Positions 39,670-49,804 of a stretch of 64,000 nucleotides of DNA are shown here, one piece after another (position 1 is the stretch's first letter; each line of letters begins with the position of its first letter). Source of the stretch: Spirochaetia bacterium (lineage in GTDB: Bacteria; Spirochaetota; Spirochaetia; SZUA-6; Bin103); assembly GCA_965203515.1 (NCBI GenBank), contig OZ241907.1, positions 2,048,001-2,112,000 of the forward strand. Direction: 5' to 3'. The position numbers were made by a program, and so were the translations under genes. The notes beneath the pieces are model-generated. The model saw only the letters and a program-made list of their open reading frames with translations. It had not been told where the DNA came from and searched no databases.

Positions 39670-41430
39670 CTACAGGCCGGCGGCGTGGGCGGTGTGGAAG
39701 GTGTCGGCGCCGCCGCGCAGGCCGTCGGGTCCGCGCGTGATGGCCACGGGGCTGGCGAACGGGCTCATGCCCTCGGTGGCGTAGCGCGGGTCGATCACCG
39801 CCACGCGGTGGCGGCGCGCACGCAGCTCCTCGATCACGTCCGGGTCGAGCCGGCCGTCGACGGCGGTCAGCGGCGTGCTGCAGTCGAGCCGGGGCGCGTC
39901 GATCGCCGCCTGCGGTCCCATCCCGAAGTCGACGATCTTCACCACCAGGCTGGTGACGCAGTTGGTGATCCGCCGGCCGCCGGAGGCGCCCACCGCCAGC
40001 CGCGCGCCGTCCGCGCCGAGCACCAGCAGCGGTGACATGTTGTTGAGCGGCTGCTTGCCGGGAGCGATCGAGTTGACGCGGCCCGGCACCGGATCGAACC
40101 ACATCATGCCGTTGTTGAGGATCACGCCGGTGCGGCCCGCCACCACGCCGGACCCGAAGCCGGACATCAGCGTGTTGGTCAGCGACACCGCGTTGCCATC
40201 GCCGTCCATCACGCAGAGGTGGGTGGTTCCGTCCTGGTACGCCGGCGCGCTGCCGGGCGGCCGCTTCGGCGCCCGCCGGCCCTCCTCCCGCCACGGATCG
40301 CCCGCTCTGAAGCGCGCCGGCGCCGTGTCGCGGATGCCGGCCTGACGGCGCGCGGCGTAGGACGGGGAGGTGAGTCCCCGCCAGGGCACGTCCGCGCTCT
40401 CCGGGTCGGCCAGATAGGCAAACCGGTCGGCATAAGCCAGCCGCGCGGCGCAGACGTAGCGGTGCAGCGCCTCCGCGTCGTTGTGCCGGCAGGCGCTCAG
40501 GTCGGTCTCGGACAGCAGTTGCAGCGTCATGGCGCTGGTGATGCCGCCGGAGGCGAACGGCGCCACGCGCACGCGCGCATCCCGGTAGGCGACCTCCAGC
40601 GGCGCGGTATCGCCGCCGGTCTGCCAGTGGAAGGGCCGGTACCCATCCAGATCGGCGCGGTCGATCAGGCCGCCGGCGCCCCGTACGGCGTCGACCAGCC
40701 GGTCGCCGATCCTGCCGCGATAGAACGCGTCGGCTCCCTCCGCGCCGATCGCGGTCAGCGTGTCGGCCAGGTCGGGCTGCCGGATCCGGACCGGCTCCGC
40801 GCGGAGCCGATCGCCGCGCCGGTAGCGAGTGCCGGGGACCTCGACTCCGGCCGGCAGCTCGCCGCCCGGCAGGAAGACCCGGCGCAGCTCCGGGTAGCGC
40901 GTGAGCTTGCCGATCTGCCCCGCGAACGCCATCAGGTCGTGGAACTCGGGTGCGAAGCCGTACTGGGCCAACTCCACGGCCGGCGCCACGACCGCGTCGA
41001 GCGGCAGGCGGCCGAACGCCGCGTGCGCGGCCGTGAGGCCGGCCACCGCCCCCGGCGTGGCGATGGAGCGCGGCCCCTCCAGGTTGGCGTCGTCCTCCAC
41101 CCCCGGCCAGCCGAACGATCCGACCGCCGGCGCGCCGGTCAGGCGGTACATGTCCGGCGCAGCCGCCCGCGGCGCGCGCATGGGAAAGGCGAACACGCCG
41201 CCGCGCTCGCCGATCCGGTAGACGAGGTACCCGCCGCCGCCGATGCCGCTCGAGGCCGGCTCCACCACGCCCACGGCGAACGCGGCCGCCACCGCGGCGT
41301 CCATGACGTTGCCGCCGGCGCGCAAGGAACGGAGGGCGGCGGCGCTGGCCGACCGGTGCTTGGTCGCCACCATGGCGCGCTCGCCGCGCGCCTCGCTCTT
41401 GCTGGCGGCGAAGGCGCTGTCGCTCACCAT
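39670..41430 (-). CDS. ggt: Gamma-glutamyltransferase family protein
   Basis: GGNVMDAAVA, EPASSGIGGGG, TTHLCVMD nucleophile, GASGGRRI. Confidence 0.92.
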   Translation of the reverse strand: MVSDSAFAASKSEARGERAMVATKHRSASAAALRSLRAGGNVMDAAVAAAFAVGVVEPASSGIGGGGYLVYRIGERGGVFAFPMRAPRAAAPDMYRLTGAPAVGSFGWPGVEDDANLEGPRSIATPGAVAGLTAAHAAFGRLPLDAVVAPAVELAQYGFAPEFHDLMAFAGQIGKLTRYPELRRVFLPGGELPAGVEVPGTRYRRGDRLRAEPVRIRQPDLADTLTAIGAEGADAFYRGRIGDRLVDAVRGAGGLIDRADLDGYRPFHWQTGGDTAPLEVAYRDARVRVAPFASGGITSAMTLQLLSETDLSACRHNDAEALHRYVCAARLAYADRFAYLADPESADVPWRGLTSPSYAARRQAGIRDTAPARFRAGDPWREEGRRAPKRPPGSAPAYQDGTTHLCVMDGDGNAVSLTNTLMSGFGSGVVAGRTGVILNNGMMWFDPVPGRVNSIAPGKQPLNNMSPLLVLGADGARLAVGASGGRRITNCVTSLVVKIVDFGMGPQAAIDAPRLDCSTPLTAVDGRLDPDVIEELRARRHRVAVIDPRYATEGMSPFASPVAITRGPDGLRGGADTFHTAHAAGL

Positions 41431-41465
41431 CGCTCGACTCGTCCTGCCGTCTCCCCGGCCGCCGG

Positions 41466-42428
41466 CTACGCCTTCTTCGCGTACGGCGGCAACGGCCAGC
41501 CGGACGCGGCGCCGATGCGCATGGCCCGTTCCCGCTCGGTCGGCGACAGCGGCGGCACGTCCGCGGCGCCGGCGTTCTGCGCCAGTTGCGCGCGGTCCTT
41601 GGCGCCGGGGATCGCCGCCGTCACGCCGGGCGTATCCAGCACGAAGCGCAACGCCGCCTGCACCATCGTCCGCCCGCGCCCGGTCAGGAAGCGCAGCTCG
41701 GCCAGTCTGGCCAACGCCGCGCGGGCGCGCGGGTTGGTGAAGCGTTCGAAGCGCCGGTCGGCGCCGTCGAGCCGTTGCGTATCGAAGTACCTGCCGGTCA
41801 GGGCTCCCTGGCCGAGCGGCACGCGGATCAGGGTGCCCAGGTTCGCTTCCTGCGCCAGCGCCAGCGCCTCGTCCGCGGTGGGATTGACGATGCTGAGTCC
41901 CACCTGCGCCATCGCCAGCTCGCCCAGTCCCAGCAACTCGCGCATCGCGTCCGCGTCGTTGGTCGAGATGCCCCAGCAGCGGATCGCGCCGGCCTGCTGC
42001 AGCGCGGTCAGCTCCTCGACCACCGCGGCCATCAGCTCGCTCGGCGGCACGCCGTGGAGCTGGTAGATGTCGATGTAGTCGGTGCCGAGGCGCCGCAGGC
42101 TGCCGGCGCACGCGGTCCGCACGCGGGCGCGCGCTTCCGCTTCGCCTTCGCCTGCCGGTGGAGGCGCCAGCTTGGTCGCCACCACGTAGCGGTCGCGGCG
42201 GCCGGCCAGCGCTCGACCGATGATGCGCTCCGAGTGGCCGGCGCCGTAACCCTCCGCGGTGTCGAGCAGGTTCACGCCGAGCGCCTCCGCGTGCTGGATG
42301 GTGCGCACCGACTCCTCGTCGTCCATGCCGGTCCAGCCGCCGCCGCCGTGGGTGCCGCCCATCTGATAGCAGCCCAGGCCGATGCGGGAGACCCGCATGC
42401 CGGTCTTGCCGAGCGTTCGGTATTCCAC
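41466..42428 (-). CDS. Aldo/keto reductase
   Basis: YRTLGKTG, DTAEGYG, SLRRLGTDYIDIYQLH. Confidence 0.93.
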   Translation of the reverse strand: MEYRTLGKTGMRVSRIGLGCYQMGGTHGGGGWTGMDDEESVRTIQHAEALGVNLLDTAEGYGAGHSERIIGRALAGRRDRYVVATKLAPPPAGEGEAEARARVRTACAGSLRRLGTDYIDIYQLHGVPPSELMAAVVEELTALQQAGAIRCWGISTNDADAMRELLGLGELAMAQVGLSIVNPTADEALALAQEANLGTLIRVPLGQGALTGRYFDTQRLDGADRRFERFTNPRARAALARLAELRFLTGRGRTMVQAALRFVLDTPGVTAAIPGAKDRAQLAQNAGAADVPPLSPTERERAMRIGAASGWPLPPYAKKA

Positions 42429-42440
42429 TCGCCTCCCCCT

Positions 42441-43496
42441 TCAGCGCTCGACCGGCACGGCGCGGCCCTCGCCCAGGCTGCGGTGGACCGCCTCGGTGAA
42501 CGCCATGTACTGAACGCCGATCTCGAAGGTGTTGCGCTCGATCGCGCCCTCGCCCCGGACCGCGGCGCAGAACTCCTCCTCCACTCGCCAGCCGGGCGGC
42601 ATGTGCCGGCCCGGACGCGGCGGCGCCTCCGGGACCGGCAGCGGCTGCAGCGCGCCGTCGCCGCGCCGGGCGCCCAGCAGTTGCCCGCCGGCGATGCGCA
42701 AGGTCCCTTCGGAGCCGTAGATCGTCGTGCCCGACGCGCCGTGGCCCAGCACGCCGGAGACCTGCAGGTGCAACGTGGCGCCGCACGCCAGGTCGGCCAG
42801 GATCTCCAGATGGTCGGGAAGCTCCATGGCCCGCGCGACGCCCGCTTCGTCGCGCCGCGTCTTCACGAAGGTCCGGCCGATGGCGCTCACCCGGGTGGCC
42901 GGCCCCACCCAGCGCATGATCGTCTCATAGGTGATGCCGAGCGAGCCGACGTTCAGGCCGCTGCAGACCACGTCGTCGCGCCAGACCATCGGCGCGTCGC
43001 GGTCGATGAAGCCGCCGCCGCCCAGGTGCTCCACCGCCAGCACGTCGCCGACGTACCCGCCGGCGAGGTGCTGGCAGATCGTGGCGTCCATGCCCAGGGT
43101 CATGGCCGCCGGCACCACCTGCGTGACCAGATCGGGACGCGCGCGGGAGGCGGCCAGCATCTCGCGCGCCTCGGCCAGATTCAGGGCGAGGCGCGCCTCG
43201 GTCAGCACGTGCTTGCCGGCCGCCAGCGTAGCGAGCGTCACCGGTCGGTGCAGGTAGGGCCACGTGCCGATCAGGACGGCGTCGACGTCGTCGGACTCCA
43301 CCAGATCGCGCCAGTGATCGTGGACGCGGCCGATGCCGTGGTCGGCGGCCGCCCGCTCGGAAGACGCTCGGGAACGGTTCACGACGCTCATCAGTTCGAC
43401 GTCGGGCTGCGCCTGCAGCCCCGGTACGTGGCGGTTGCGGGTGTTGTTGCCGGCGCCGACGATGCCGACGCGGATGGTGCCGGTGGTGCATGCCAT
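42441..43496 (-). CDS. Gfo/Idh/MocA oxidoreductase
   Basis: VGIVGAG, IGTWPYLH, AGKHVLTE. Confidence 0.9.
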   Translation of the reverse strand: MACTTGTIRVGIVGAGNNTRNRHVPGLQAQPDVELMSVVNRSRASSERAAADHGIGRVHDHWRDLVESDDVDAVLIGTWPYLHRPVTLATLAAGKHVLTEARLALNLAEAREMLAASRARPDLVTQVVPAAMTLGMDATICQHLAGGYVGDVLAVEHLGGGGFIDRDAPMVWRDDVVCSGLNVGSLGITYETIMRWVGPATRVSAIGRTFVKTRRDEAGVARAMELPDHLEILADLACGATLHLQVSGVLGHGASGTTIYGSEGTLRIAGGQLLGARRGDGALQPLPVPEAPPRPGRHMPPGWRVEEEFCAAVRGEGAIERNTFEIGVQYMAFTEAVHRSLGEGRAVPVER

Positions 43497-43549
43497 ACGG
43501 AAGGGATGATACCGCAGAACCGGCCGGCGCTCCGAACCGGCGCCGGCGG

Positions 43550-44521
43550 CTACGAGCCGGTGAGCACCTCCGCGAAGAGCTGCCGGTCGACATTGCCGCC
43601 GGAGAGCACCAGCGCCGCCCGGGTGCCGCGCATCCGCGACCGTTCCTGGAGCAACGCCGCCAGCGGTCCCGCGCCCGCGCCCTCGGCGACGTTGTGCGTG
43701 TCGGTGTAGTAGGCGCGCATCGCCGCGCGCATCTCGGCCTCGGAGACCGCGACGACCCGATCAACGCCGGCCAGGATCAAGGCGAGCGCCGCTTCATCGG
43801 GAACGCGGACGGCCATGCCGTCGGCGATCGTCGCCGCCGGCCCGGTCGACCGCGCCTCGCCGGCGGCGAACGAGCGCTGATAGGCCGGCATGGCCGCCGA
43901 CACCACGCCGATCACGGCGGTCGCCGGCGACAGCGCGTTGCGGGCGGCCATCACGCCGCAGATGCCTGAGCCCAGGCCGATCGGCGCGTAGACGGCGTCC
44001 AGGTCCGGCACCGCCCGGAACAGCTCCACGCCGTAGCTGGCCACGCCCAGGACCAGTTCCGCACTGAAGGACGGCATGAGATGGACGCGGTCGCCCACGG
44101 CGATGCGGGCGGCATGGGCGTACGCTTCGTCGAAGTCGCCGCCGTGCTCGACCAGTCGGGCGCCGAAGGCGCGCATCGCCTCGTTCTTTTCGCGGCTGTT
44201 GCCGGTCGGCATCACCACGGTGGCGGCCAGCCCGGCGCGGCGCGCGGCGAAGGCGACGCTCTGGCCGTAGTTGCCGCGCGTGGCGGCTACCACCTCGGTC
44301 ACCTGCGGCTTGGCGCTCCGCAGCCGGTCGACGGCCACCAGCGCGCCGCGCAGCTTGAACGATCCGATCGGGCTGTGGTTTTCGTGCTTCACCCAGACCG
44401 AACATCCGGTCCGCTCGCACAGCAACGGCCAGCGGTACTGCGGAGTCGGCGGCATGGCGCGGTAGACGATCTGCGCGGCGCCGTCGATTTCTTCCAGCGT
44501 GGGCAGGCTCACATCGGACAC
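43550..44521 (-). CDS. Threonine/serine dehydratase (PLP-dependent)
   Basis: KHENHSPIGSFKLRG, TRGNYG, PIGLGSG, LSGGNVD. Confidence 0.92.
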   Translation of the reverse strand: MSDVSLPTLEEIDGAAQIVYRAMPPTPQYRWPLLCERTGCSVWVKHENHSPIGSFKLRGALVAVDRLRSAKPQVTEVVAATRGNYGQSVAFAARRAGLAATVVMPTGNSREKNEAMRAFGARLVEHGGDFDEAYAHAARIAVGDRVHLMPSFSAELVLGVASYGVELFRAVPDLDAVYAPIGLGSGICGVMAARNALSPATAVIGVVSAAMPAYQRSFAAGEARSTGPAATIADGMAVRVPDEAALALILAGVDRVVAVSEAEMRAAMRAYYTDTHNVAEGAGAGPLAALLQERSRMRGTRAALVLSGGNVDRQLFAEVLTGS

Positions 44522-44552
44522 GGCTCCAGCCTACGCCGACGACGCGCCGGCG

Positions 44553-44622
44553 GGAACCCCGGCGGCGGCAGGAATCCCGGCGGCGGCAGGAATCCCGGCG
44601 GCGGCAGGAATCCCGGCGGCGG
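44553..44622. repeat. 18-bp tandem repeat, about 3.9 copies
   Basis: GGAATCCCGGCGGCGGCA units in a divergent intergenic region. Confidence 0.9.
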
Positions 44623-44700
44623 GCGGAAGCTGCCCGCTTGCGCGGCGCACCCGTCAGACCCATAGTCAGCTCCATGGCCCATGCAGCTATCGAGCGAGCG

Positions 44701-45879
44701 ATGAGCGTCTCCTGGGGAGCGCCGGGAGCGAGCGACGACGAATCCTGTTGGGAGCGGATACGGGCCCGGTTCCCGTTGGACCCCGACCTGGTCTACCTGA
44801 ACAGCGCCGCGCTCGGCGTGCCGCCGGACCCGGTGATCGCCGCCGTGCACGAAGGCTATCTGCGGCTGTCGCAGGACCCGGACGCCGGCAAGATCGACTA
44901 CCGCCGCTACAACGCCGAGGTCGCGGTGCCGGAGCTGGCGGCGCTCATGGGAGCCCGGCCGGAGGAGCTCGCCATCAACCGCAACGCTTCCGTAGGGCTG
45001 GCGCTGGCCGCCGACGGCGTGCGCGGCCTGCGCGCCGGCGACGAGGTCCTCACCACCAGCCACGAGCACCCGGTCGGGGTGCAGCCGTGGCGCGACCGGG
45101 CCGCCCGCGAGGGGCTGGTGGTGCGCGAGGTCGCCCTGCCGAGTCCGGTCGAAGACCCGGCGGAGTTGATCGAGCCGCTGCGCGCCGCGATCACCGCGCG
45201 CACCCGGGTCCTGTCGTTCTGCCACGTCACCCGCGGCGGCGTGCGCTATCCGGTCGAGGACTTGTGCCGCCTGGGCCGCGAGCACGGCTTGATCATCTCC
45301 ATCGACGGCGCGCAGGCGGTGGGCCGCGTGCCGGTCGACGTCAGCGCCTGCGACTGCGACCTGTACGCGGCCAGCCTGCACAAGTGGCTGCTCGCGCCGT
45401 CCGGCACCGGCGTGCTGTACGTCCGGCAGGGCTTCCAGGAGCGCTTCGGCACCGTCGCCACGCCGCCCGGCACCACCGCCGCGCGCTACGAGGAGGAGGG
45501 CACCTTCGACCTGCCGACGCGCGCCGGCATCGGCGTGGCGGTCGCGTGGATGAGACAGATCGGCATCGGCGCGATCGAGGCGCGCAATCACCGGCTCGCC
45601 GAGCGGCTCCGCGCCGGCCTGGCCGAGATTCCCGGCATGCGCATCGTCAACTCCTCCAGGCGAGCGCTGGTCGCGCCGGGCACCACGCTGGTCGAGCCGC
45701 CCGGCGGCGACGCGGTCGGCTGGCGGGCCCGGCTGCAGGAGCGCTACAACCTGCGCGTCGACGACCACGTCCGCGACGGCCACGACGCACTGCGCATCTC
45801 CACCCACTACTTCGTCTCGCCCGCCCAGGTCGACCGGGTGATCGCGGCCATGGCCGCCGAGGCTGCCAGGGCCGCGTAG
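44701..45879 (+). CDS. Aminotransferase class V / isopenicillin N epimerase-like PLP enzyme (start approximate)
   Basis: YLNSAA, EHP, IDGAQ, SLHKWLLAPSGTG, LRISTH. Confidence 0.88.
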   Translation: MSVSWGAPGASDDESCWERIRARFPLDPDLVYLNSAALGVPPDPVIAAVHEGYLRLSQDPDAGKIDYRRYNAEVAVPELAALMGARPEELAINRNASVGLALAADGVRGLRAGDEVLTTSHEHPVGVQPWRDRAAREGLVVREVALPSPVEDPAELIEPLRAAITARTRVLSFCHVTRGGVRYPVEDLCRLGREHGLIISIDGAQAVGRVPVDVSACDCDLYAASLHKWLLAPSGTGVLYVRQGFQERFGTVATPPGTTAARYEEEGTFDLPTRAGIGVAVAWMRQIGIGAIEARNHRLAERLRAGLAEIPGMRIVNSSRRALVAPGTTLVEPPGGDAVGWRARLQERYNLRVDDHVRDGHDALRISTHYFVSPAQVDRVIAAMAAEAARAA

Positions 45880-45953
45880 GCTGCATGGGCGAGTCGGGAA
45901 CTCGAAAACATGACTTCGGCGATGGCAATGGAATGTTCGCGAACGATATGGCC

Positions 45954-46736
45954 TCATGCAGCTATGCGCCGGAGAAGCTTCCGGTTGAAGTCTTCGTGAG
46001 CTTCGAGTGAAGAAATCATCTCACCACCGACGTCGGAGAGCCTGGCGAGATCCATTCGAGGTATCTCGGTCTGGTTTTCGAAAACGAGAATCGACTCGAA
46101 TTCGAGTCCATGCAGGTGAAAGAAGGACAACATGATCGTCGTCAACCGTGCTTTATCGCGGTTAGGAACGCCATACAGGAACAAGGGGACGTCGTTATTT
46201 CCCTCGATCCGGTAGTCCACGGGATACGCTTCGGCATTCGGCACTTCCGGCAGGTAGTCCTGCTCTATCTTGGATTCGTCGACTGCGCGAAGGAGGTACT
46301 CGGCAAGATCGTCGTAGAAGCTGGACCCGACGCTCGACCGGGATAGAAAAGTCAAGTCGTAGATCCTGGTCAGCGACTGTCCAAAATGGAAGACAGCCGC
46401 CGACAGCTGTTCCGGTGAAGTGTCATAGCAAAACGCGCCGCCGTCCCACTTCAATCCGCTTTCTCCCATAATGCGATCAAGGAGCATCCGCCGGGTTCCG
46501 TCCATGAACGAGTCGACGTCATGGTCGTAGCTGATGTGCATCATCGTGTGGCCGCGGTCTGACAATCGAAGTTCCCCGGTTGCGGTCTCAGCGAGATGGA
46601 TCGGATAGCCGTCACCATCGGGGAACCGGAAGTGCGTGCGAAGCATGAGAGCGCCATCGGGTCGTTCTTCCACCACGACCTCCGCGCACAGACGTTCGCA
46701 CAGGAGCTTCCGAAGCGCAATCGGGTCAAGCGTCAT
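45954..46736 (-). CDS. DUF1828-like protein
   Basis: THFRFPDGDGYPIHL, LRLSDRGHT, SSFYDDL, YPVDYRI; lower GC than flanks. Confidence 0.7.
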   Translation of the reverse strand: MTLDPIALRKLLCERLCAEVVVEERPDGALMLRTHFRFPDGDGYPIHLAETATGELRLSDRGHTMMHISYDHDVDSFMDGTRRMLLDRIMGESGLKWDGGAFCYDTSPEQLSAAVFHFGQSLTRIYDLTFLSRSSVGSSFYDDLAEYLLRAVDESKIEQDYLPEVPNAEAYPVDYRIEGNNDVPLFLYGVPNRDKARLTTIMLSFFHLHGLEFESILVFENQTEIPRMDLARLSDVGGEMISSLEAHEDFNRKLLRRIAA

Positions 46737-47211
46737 GGAAGACGAGCTCCGGATGATCCGCTTCCGACTTGATGCCACACAGATTGAAGTCGTCGATCAA
46801 ACACGACAGGGCACCGGCCAGAGTCCGAAATCTATCGGTCTCCGTCGCTTCCGACTCCGGCTTCAATCCTTCGGAGATGGCCTTTTGCGAAGCACGATGG
46901 ACGTGCGGGCGGTAGAATATGTTTCCGTGCCAATGACTCGGACCGTTGTAGCGAGCCAAAGTCAACGACGATCCTCCTGGAGGTAAATAGGATATTCCGC
47001 AGGAGAAATCACTCTGATCGTCGATGTTCTGTCGCTGATAGACGCTGAAAAGTCCTTCTACTTCTCGTGCTGAAACCTGAAAGATTCGCTGACGGTGCAT
47101 AGGTTTGACCCGTGGCTTTTCCAGCCAACGTGCTCTCGGATTCATCACGTGTTTCCGCATATTCCGGAGCTTGGTCAGTTCATCGTCAGTATAGAGTCGG
47201 GTACTCATCAC
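46726..47211 (-). CDS. Hypothetical HxH-motif protein coupled to the DUF1828-like gene
   Basis: LARYNGPSHWH...PHVH; 11-nt overlap with the downstream gene. Confidence 0.7.
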   Translation of the reverse strand: MMSTRLYTDDELTKLRNMRKHVMNPRARWLEKPRVKPMHRQRIFQVSAREVEGLFSVYQRQNIDDQSDFSCGISYLPPGGSSLTLARYNGPSHWHGNIFYRPHVHRASQKAISEGLKPESEATETDRFRTLAGALSCLIDDFNLCGIKSEADHPELVFHDA

Positions 47212-47254
47212 TTCGGCCGAGTGTCGCTTACCGTCAGTCAGGCATGTCGACGAC

Positions 47255-49804
47255 CTACAGCGCTGCCAGGGCTTCCCGTTGTCGGGCGAGGCGCCGGTCG
47301 CGGTCGGCGGCGAAGCGTTCGACGCCGGCGGCGATCGAGTCCTGGTCCAGGTGCGCCTCGGCGATCACGTCGGACTCGGTGCCGCCGGTCAGCCAGCGGT
47401 CGTGCCAGTCGGAGACCAGCGAGTACTCGCCCGTGAGCGGGCCCACGCCGCGCACCGGCCACATCCGTTGCGTGCCGGTGGTGACGACCATCAGGTCGTT
47501 CTTGGCGGCGGCCGGCAACACCGCGTCGCGGTACGCCTGCGGCTGGCGGTCGAACAACTCCTCGCTGATCGCGGCGATCACCTTGACGTTGATCCCCTGC
47601 TCTTCGAGATATGGCAGCGCCTGCACCAGGTTGAAGGTCGAGCTGGAGCCCTGCGCCAGCACGTAGCCGTGCCGGGGCTTGCCGGGATCGAAGTCGCGCA
47701 CCACGTAGAACCCCTTGGCAGCCGCCTTGAGATCGGTGTCGGCGAAGGTCGAGCGGTCGGCCACCGGGAAGTCGGGGCGCGCCACCTCGATCACGATCAC
47801 GCCGACCAGCGGTTCGCGCGCGGCGATCTCCGCCGCGGCGAAGTAGCCGGGCGCCACGTCGTTGTAGTCCCAGAAGCTGAGCGTGATCACCTGCCCGCGA
47901 GGGAACAGCTTCCACACCTGCGGCGCGAAGATGCCGAAGTGCGTGCGCGCGTCGGCGGCGGTCTCCGGGCCGGAGTGGCCGGCCAGGATGTTGAGCACGC
48001 CGACCCGGAACGGGCTGTCCTGATTCTGCTGGCTCCAGACGCGCGCCGGCAGATACATGAACGGCGTGAACGCCCCGTAGCTGCCGCTCAGCGCCCATAC
48101 GCCCGAATGCACGTTCGGGTCGAGCGACGCGCTCTGTCCGACCAGCCCCACGGCGGTGGAGGCGTTGCCGGCCTCCTGAATCGCCGCCTTCAGCCGCGTG
48201 CCGCTCGGGTTGCCGAGCGGGTCGTAGTGGCCGGTCAGCGATCCCTTCTCTACGTTGATCGACCCCGACAGGTCGGCCGACACGGTGAGGAACCGGTTGC
48301 CGGTGACGTGATTGAGCCACTTGACCACTTCCGATATCGCGCGCCGCGTCCCCTGCACTTCGCCCGGCTGCTTGAACAGCTCGATGCCGACCTGCTCATC
48401 GGTCCCGTCGCCGCCCCCCGCGGCCACCGTCTGCGGCTCGATCGGGATGGCCGAGACGCGCAGCCGCTCGTCCCGAAACGGGTCGGTGCGGGTGTCCACG
48501 CGCAGCGCGCCGTCGTCGCTCACCTCGTCGCCGATGTCGACCAGCCGGTCGCTCAGCCACTCGCCGAGCCGGTCCTGCTCCAGTACCGACATCACGACGT
48601 CGACGTTGGTCTTGAACTGGCGCAGGCGCTCCGCCTCGCCGGTGACCGGACCGTCGTGGATCCCCTCGAAGGTGACCCCGAACCGCTCCTCGAACGTACC
48701 GGCCAGGGCGACGAAGTACGGGACGTTCATCTTCATCTCGTAGGGGTGGCTGTGATAGCCGACCACCTGCTCGCCGAATCCGGGGATGCGCCCGTCCACG
48801 GCCGCCGGCCACCAGCCCTTGGTGGTGCGGCCGATCACGATCATGGGCCGCCGGTCGGTCGGATCCCAGTCTTCCATGGTCTTCAGCGCGCCCAGAACCT
48901 GGTCGTAGTCGTTGCCGTCGTCCAGGGTGAGCACGTTCCAGCCGTAGGCGGACCACTGGTCGGCGATCCGGTAGCCGTCGAACGATTCCGACACCACGCC
49001 GCCGACCAGCGAGTCGTCGATGCCGGCGTTGTTGAACGACAGCAGGATGCGCAGCCGTTTGCCCACCTTCTGAGCCATCGCCTGTGTCTTCATCTCCTGC
49101 GAGTGGCCGGAGGTCATGGCGAACTCGCCTTCCAACGCGACGATCTTGGGCGAGTCGCCGGCCCCCATGAAGTCCCAGAAGGCGGCCTTGCCGGCCGCGG
49201 TGGCGATGCCGATGCCGGACGGACCGCCGTTGACGTCGTTGATCAGGTCGGTCGTCTCCGCGTGGCCGGCGAGCGATCGGATGCCCCGCAGCCGGGCCTG
49301 CGCGAACAGCGGATCGTCGGCCAGGCCGTGGTCCTGCAGCAGCGTGGCGAGCGCCCCGGCGCCGCGCCGGAAGCCGAGGCAGTCGATCGGCAGGATCGCA
49401 ACCTCGGGGTCTACCCGGTAGCGGTCATGGTCGGTCGCCGCGTAGCGGCGCGCCAGCGCCTCGCCCATGATCATCCACAACGCGTACAACGTCGGGATGT
49501 TGTGGCCGCCGGCCAGCAGCAGCTTGTCCCCGAACGGGTGCTTGGGCCGGCGGTAGTCGTAGCGCAGGCCGCCGTGCTCCGGCCCCACCAGGTGCAGGGC
49601 GACGTTGTACGGCGTGTAGGCGAGCGGGCCGCCGAAGTGGCCGGTCTGCGCGTAGTTGCCGAGCAGCGTGAGCGTCATCGCCGTCATGAAGCCCACGTCC
49701 TCCAGCCGTTGCCGGTCGTAGGCGGGAAGCTGCACGCTGCGCGCGGCGGCCTCGCCGGCGGGGGCGGCGGTGCGAACCAGAACCGATGTTCCGTCAGTAC
49801 CCAT
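47255..49804 (-). CDS. Transketolase-like protein
   Basis: GHFGGPL, LAGH, GPSGIG, WSAYGWNV, DGND, RTTKG, SADLSGS, THFG. Confidence 0.8.
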   Translation of the reverse strand: MGTDGTSVLVRTAAPAGEAAARSVQLPAYDRQRLEDVGFMTAMTLTLLGNYAQTGHFGGPLAYTPYNVALHLVGPEHGGLRYDYRRPKHPFGDKLLLAGGHNIPTLYALWMIMGEALARRYAATDHDRYRVDPEVAILPIDCLGFRRGAGALATLLQDHGLADDPLFAQARLRGIRSLAGHAETTDLINDVNGGPSGIGIATAAGKAAFWDFMGAGDSPKIVALEGEFAMTSGHSQEMKTQAMAQKVGKRLRILLSFNNAGIDDSLVGGVVSESFDGYRIADQWSAYGWNVLTLDDGNDYDQVLGALKTMEDWDPTDRRPMIVIGRTTKGWWPAAVDGRIPGFGEQVVGYHSHPYEMKMNVPYFVALAGTFEERFGVTFEGIHDGPVTGEAERLRQFKTNVDVVMSVLEQDRLGEWLSDRLVDIGDEVSDDGALRVDTRTDPFRDERLRVSAIPIEPQTVAAGGGDGTDEQVGIELFKQPGEVQGTRRAISEVVKWLNHVTGNRFLTVSADLSGSINVEKGSLTGHYDPLGNPSGTRLKAAIQEAGNASTAVGLVGQSASLDPNVHSGVWALSGSYGAFTPFMYLPARVWSQQNQDSPFRVGVLNILAGHSGPETAADARTHFGIFAPQVWKLFPRGQVITLSFWDYNDVAPGYFAAAEIAAREPLVGVIVIEVARPDFPVADRSTFADTDLKAAAKGFYVVRDFDPGKPRHGYVLAQGSSSTFNLVQALPYLEEQGINVKVIAAISEELFDRQPQAYRDAVLPAAAKNDLMVVTTGTQRMWPVRGVGPLTGEYSLVSDWHDRWLTGGTESDVIAEAHLDQDSIAAGVERFAADRDRRLARQREALAAL

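Noticed and set aside
39670..42786. Long N-terminal extensions in the ORF track (1038-aa GGT, 962-aa SBP, 916-aa RraA, 845-aa GlpD)
   Set aside because: The extensions overlap other genuine genes; real starts with RBS or overlap lie downstream.
44553..44622. CRISPR array
   Set aside because: Contiguous 18-bp units with no spacers and no cas genes.
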